Assembly (NCBI GenBank): GCA_043812515.1
Contig: JBDRMC010000007.1
Span: 1-39,010 of the forward strand
Source: Patescibacteria group bacterium
Lineage (GTDB): Bacteria; Patescibacteriota; Minisyncoccia; UBA10092
Length of the DNA stretch: 39,010 nucleotides
Reading direction: 5' to 3'
Part shown: piece after piece, positions 35,909-39,010 of the stretch
How the letters are laid out: the number at the start of each line of letters is the position of its first letter
How positions within the stretch are numbered: position 1 is the first letter of the stretch
Notes under the pieces: model-generated
The model's database searches: none
Seen by the model: only the letters and a program-made list of their open reading frames with translations
Told to the model about the DNA's origin: nothing
Position numbers and translations under genes: made by a program

Positions 35909-37705
35909 ATGAAAATCAGGAACATCGCCATTATCGCCCATGTTGACCATGGGAAAACAAAATTAACCGACGCTTTGCTTCGCCAAACGGGCATGATTGA
36001 AGAAGGCATCAGCATGGATTCAAACGCTTTGGAACAGGAGCGGGGGATTACTATTTATTCAAAAAACGCTTCCATATTCTATAAAGATACCAAAATAAAT
36101 TTGGTGGATACGCCGGGACACGCGGATTTCGGTTCGGAAGTCGAACGCGTTCTGCGTTCCATTGATTCGGTGCTTTTGGTTGTTGACGCGCAGGAAGGGC
36201 CGATGCCCCAGACAAAATTCGTTTTAAAAAAATCATTGGAACTGGGATTGAAACCGATTGTGGTAATTAATAAAATAGACAAGCCGGCGGCCCGGCCGGA
36301 ATGGGCGCATGAAAAAGTACTGGAACTTTTTATGGCTCTCGGCGCGAATGACGAGCAATTGGACTTCCCCGTAATTTACGCGATTGCCAAAGAGGGTATT
36401 GCCAAACTGAACTTGGCGGACGATTCAAAAGATCTTACACCGCTTTTGGAAGTTATTTTGAAAGAAGTTCCCGAGGCGTCTTCGGAAGAATTGAATAAAA
36501 AACCTTTCAGAGTTCAGCCGTTCAATCTTGCCTATGACAATTTTATGGGCCGTTTGGCTATAGGTCGAATTTATGACGGCATCATTAAAGCCGGCGGAAA
36601 TGTTGTTATAAAAAATAGCACTGGAGAAACGCGCCCGGGAAAAATAAACAAAATATTCACTTTTGAGGGGCTCAAGCGGAAAGAAGTTCCGGAAGCAATG
36701 GCAGGGGATATCGTGATGATTGCCGGACTGCCAGACATTTTTATCGGCGAGACAATTTGCGCCGATGCTTCACAGGAAGCTTTACCGGCGATTAGTATAG
36801 ACGAACCGACAATTTCACTTAATTTTTTGGTTAACAATTCTCCTTTTGCCGGACGGGAAGGCAAGCTTGTTACCAGCCGTCAAATAAGAGAACGGCTGGA
36901 AAAAGAATTGGAAGTCAATGTCGGATTAAAAATTGACTTTTCATCTTCAGATTATTTCAAAGTATACGGCAGAGGCGAATTGCATATCGCTATTTTGCTG
37001 GAGAATATGCGGCGCGAAGGTTATGAATTACAGGTTTCCAAACCGCAGGTTATTTTTAAAGAAGAAGATGGCAAGAAACTGGAACCATTTGAAGAAGTTA
37101 CAATTATGGTGCCCGCCAATATGATGGGAACGGTTATAGAAAAAATGTCCAAAAGAAAAGGCAGCATGATTGATGTCAGCCAGGACCAGAACAACTCTCG
37201 GATTATTTTTGAAATTCCGACGCGGGGTTTATTGGGCTATCGGGGAGAATTTGTTATAGACACTAAAGGCGAAGGGATAATGTACAGCCGTGTTATCGGT
37301 TTCAGGCCGTTTGTCGGAGAAATTAGCAAGCAAACGCTGTGCTCGATGGTTTCAATGGCCGATGGCAAAGCGCTGGGCTTTTCATTATACAATCTGCAAG
37401 ACAGAGGCGTTCTATATATCGGCGCCGGCGTGGAGGTTTATACTGGCATGGTTATTGGCAATGCCTCCAAGGGCAACGATATGTCTGTTAACCCGACAAA
37501 AGGAAAACAACTAACCAATATGCGTTCCAAGGCATCCGACGAAGCGTTGACATTAACTCCGCCACTGGAACTTACTCTTGAGCGCGGTTTAGAGATTATA
37601 AACGATGATGAATATTTGGAAGTTACACCAAAAAGCATCCGCTTGAGGAAGCAATTCTTGACGGAATTGGCGCGTACTCGCGCCAAAAGGCAAAAAGAGA
37701 ACTAA
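35909..37705 (+). CDS. typA: Translational GTPase TypA/BipA
   Basis: IRNIAIIAHVDHGKT, DTPGHADFGSEVER, NKIDK, BipA-type C-terminal domains. Confidence 0.95.
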   Translation: MKIRNIAIIAHVDHGKTKLTDALLRQTGMIEEGISMDSNALEQERGITIYSKNASIFYKDTKINLVDTPGHADFGSEVERVLRSIDSVLLVVDAQEGPMPQTKFVLKKSLELGLKPIVVINKIDKPAARPEWAHEKVLELFMALGANDEQLDFPVIYAIAKEGIAKLNLADDSKDLTPLLEVILKEVPEASSEELNKKPFRVQPFNLAYDNFMGRLAIGRIYDGIIKAGGNVVIKNSTGETRPGKINKIFTFEGLKRKEVPEAMAGDIVMIAGLPDIFIGETICADASQEALPAISIDEPTISLNFLVNNSPFAGREGKLVTSRQIRERLEKELEVNVGLKIDFSSSDYFKVYGRGELHIAILLENMRREGYELQVSKPQVIFKEEDGKKLEPFEEVTIMVPANMMGTVIEKMSKRKGSMIDVSQDQNNSRIIFEIPTRGLLGYRGEFVIDTKGEGIMYSRVIGFRPFVGEISKQTLCSMVSMADGKALGFSLYNLQDRGVLYIGAGVEVYTGMVIGNASKGNDMSVNPTKGKQLTNMRSKASDEALTLTPPLELTLERGLEIINDDEYLEVTPKSIRLRKQFLTELARTRAKRQKEN

Positions 37706-37749
37706 AACCGCTTATTTAAGCCAAAAATACCCAAAACTTGCCAAATTTC

Positions 37750-37778
37750 TTGACAGGATATTTTAGATATGGTATAAT
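37750..37778 (+). promoter_or_regulatory. Consensus promoter: TTGACA, 17-nt spacer, TGGTATAAT
   Basis: Perfect -35 and -10 hexamers with an extended TG. The predicted start is about 160 nt upstream of the ATG at 37945. Confidence 0.7.
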
Positions 37779-37944
37779 GTGAATGTACAGGTTAGGAATG
37801 TTTCTTTGAAAATTACCAAGTCGGGTTCTGCCAAATAACCGACTCTAAAGTGAAGTAAGCCACACATAAAAAGGCTGATGATTTGGCACGCATACCACGG
37901 CCGTAAGGACTTGACCGAAAGGCAAGGCGGCAAAGGAGCGCAAG

Positions 37945-38355
37945 ATGAAAAAGATAAATGCTTTTTTAGTTACAGGAACCACAAGTCATGATTACCATAA
38001 TTGCGAAAACGGCGATCAATTGAGGTACATTTCGGCCGTTCTTTGTGATGGCGAAGACCGGAATGTGTTTGTAGTAGCCATCAGAAACGGCGATCGGGAA
38101 AATGATCCCGATGGGTATATCGAGGCGAGATTCAGATCCTATCTCGCGGGCAACATGTCAAAAATTGAGAAGGGGCTCTTGCTTGAAACGTCAGAAGAGC
38201 TAGAGGCAAGCAAAAACAAATGGAAAATTGACATAGAATACAAAGAAAAAGGAAATCGCTTATTGCGAAGGAGAATAGAAGATGCTCTTCGCAAGACAGC
38301 AACGGAAGAGCAACTTCTTACCATCGCCGGGTTGCTCGGCGTAAAAACCGAATAG
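37945..38355 (+). CDS. Hypothetical protein (136 aa)
   Basis: Shine-Dalgarno AAAGGAG 7 nt upstream. A terminator follows. Confidence 0.65.
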   Translation: MKKINAFLVTGTTSHDYHNCENGDQLRYISAVLCDGEDRNVFVVAIRNGDRENDPDGYIEARFRSYLAGNMSKIEKGLLLETSEELEASKNKWKIDIEYKEKGNRLLRRRIEDALRKTATEEQLLTIAGLLGVKTE

Positions 38356-38366
38356 ATCCACAACAA

Positions 38367-38411
38367 GGGCGCACCGATCTGATAAATCAGACACGGGCGT
38401 CCATTTTTTTA
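38367..38411 (+). terminator. Rho-independent terminator
   Basis: GGGCGC...GCGTCC outer stem with inner CCG/CGG and TCTGA/TCAGA helices, then TTTTTTT. Confidence 0.7.
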
Positions 38412-38462
38412 TTTCAATTACCTAAAATTGCCTAAAAAACCAAAGTTTTGTATAATTTCCTC

Positions 38463-38780
38463 ATGAGCGGGATAAAGATAACTTGGTTTACGAAATTAAT
38501 CTTCAAACTTTGGCCGGGTTTTGCGATGATGAGAATGGCCAGAAAAATGGGCATCAGCGACCCGTTGTTTGACGAAGCGCAAGAACTTTTTTCCAAAGTC
38601 AGGCGGATTGATATTTTGCCTTCGGCATCGGGACTCCGCGGCTTTATTGTGGTTCTGGACAGAAAAACAGCGCTTTATTTCTGCCAAGACGGCGACCATT
38701 TTGTTTACGACGGATTTGAAATGGGGAGATACGACAAGGGCGAAGTTACTATATTTGATAATTCAAAACGCAATGTTTGA
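38463..38780 (+). CDS. Hypothetical protein (105 aa from the ATG at 38463; the track starts at TTG 38448)
   Basis: TATAAT at 38451-38456 lies 6 nt before the ATG, so the transcript may be leaderless. No Shine-Dalgarno. Confidence 0.55.
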   Translation: MSGIKITWFTKLIFKLWPGFAMMRMARKMGISDPLFDEAQELFSKVRRIDILPSASGLRGFIVVLDRKTALYFCQDGDHFVYDGFEMGRYDKGEVTIFDNSKRNV

Positions 38781-39010
38781 CGCTGTTGAATCAATAAAAA
38801 AATACGTCAGGGCAACAAATTATCTTGCCGCCACGCAGGTTTTTCTTAAAGATAATTTTTTATTGAAACGGAGGCTGGTTTTCGGCGACATCAAGCCGCG
38901 GCTTCTGGGCCACTGGGGCACTTGCCCGGGGATAAATTTCATTTATGCCAATTTAAATTATCTGATTAAAAAACATCGCGCCGATATTCTTTTCGTAATG
39001 GGTCCCGGAC
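38773..39010 (+). CDS. xfp: Phosphoketolase (xylulose-5-P/fructose-6-P), N-terminal fragment running off the window
   Basis: Open frame MFDAVESIKKYVRATNYLAATQVFLKDNFLL...IKPRLLGHWGTCPGINFIYANLNYLIKKH..ILFVMGPG matches the conserved phosphoketolase N-terminus. Absent from the ORF track because no stop codon is reached. Confidence 0.85.
   Translation, partial: MFDAVESIKKYVRATNYLAATQVFLKDNFLLKRRLVFGDIKPRLLGHWGTCPGINFIYANLNYLIKKHRADILFVMGPG

Noticed and set aside
37874-37882. GCTGATGAT resembling the 3' part of the fluoride (crcB) riboswitch
   Set aside because: The upstream GG.GATGG...C.CC pseudoknot partner and the AAAC.GCC segment are absent, and the downstream gene is not a fluoride transporter.

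Overview
This is a 39-kb, AT-rich, tightly packed bacterial window that uses the standard genetic code (TGA acts as a stop). The gene content and streamlined style fit a reduced Patescibacteria/CPR-like genome, but that placement is inference only. Most of the window is housekeeping: a monomeric-type pheS, gyrB, secE-nusG-rplK, gatB, miaA, a short thrS, dnaE, rpmF, a MacAB-like efflux set, dnaG-rpoD, a DEAD-box helicase, rarA, cell-wall enzymes, obg, typA, and a truncated phosphoketolase gene at the 3' edge that the ORF track misses. Structure not explained by ordinary genes: (1) At 27.6-29.6 kb there is a duplicated NYN-RNase cassette. Each copy has a stop-overlapping bidirectional hairpin, a conserved convergent promoter-like box and a 25/26-aa hydrophobic peptide gene. 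(2) A 30-nt double-hairpin element shows compensatory substitutions. It sits in frame in dnaE and in a secreted protein, and in the T-loop of a tRNA-Asn. (3) A nested tRNA-Asn locus has an interrupted outer copy enclosing an intact tRNA-Asn plus a small GIY-YIG gene, bounded by 41-bp direct repeats. (4) An orphan 3' half of an initiator tRNA lies at the 5' edge. (5) Several families of reused palindromes and terminator/promoter modules recur between genes. (6) Both aminoacyl-tRNA synthetases in the window lack editing domains. All calls come from reading the sequence and ORF translations by eye; no searches were run.
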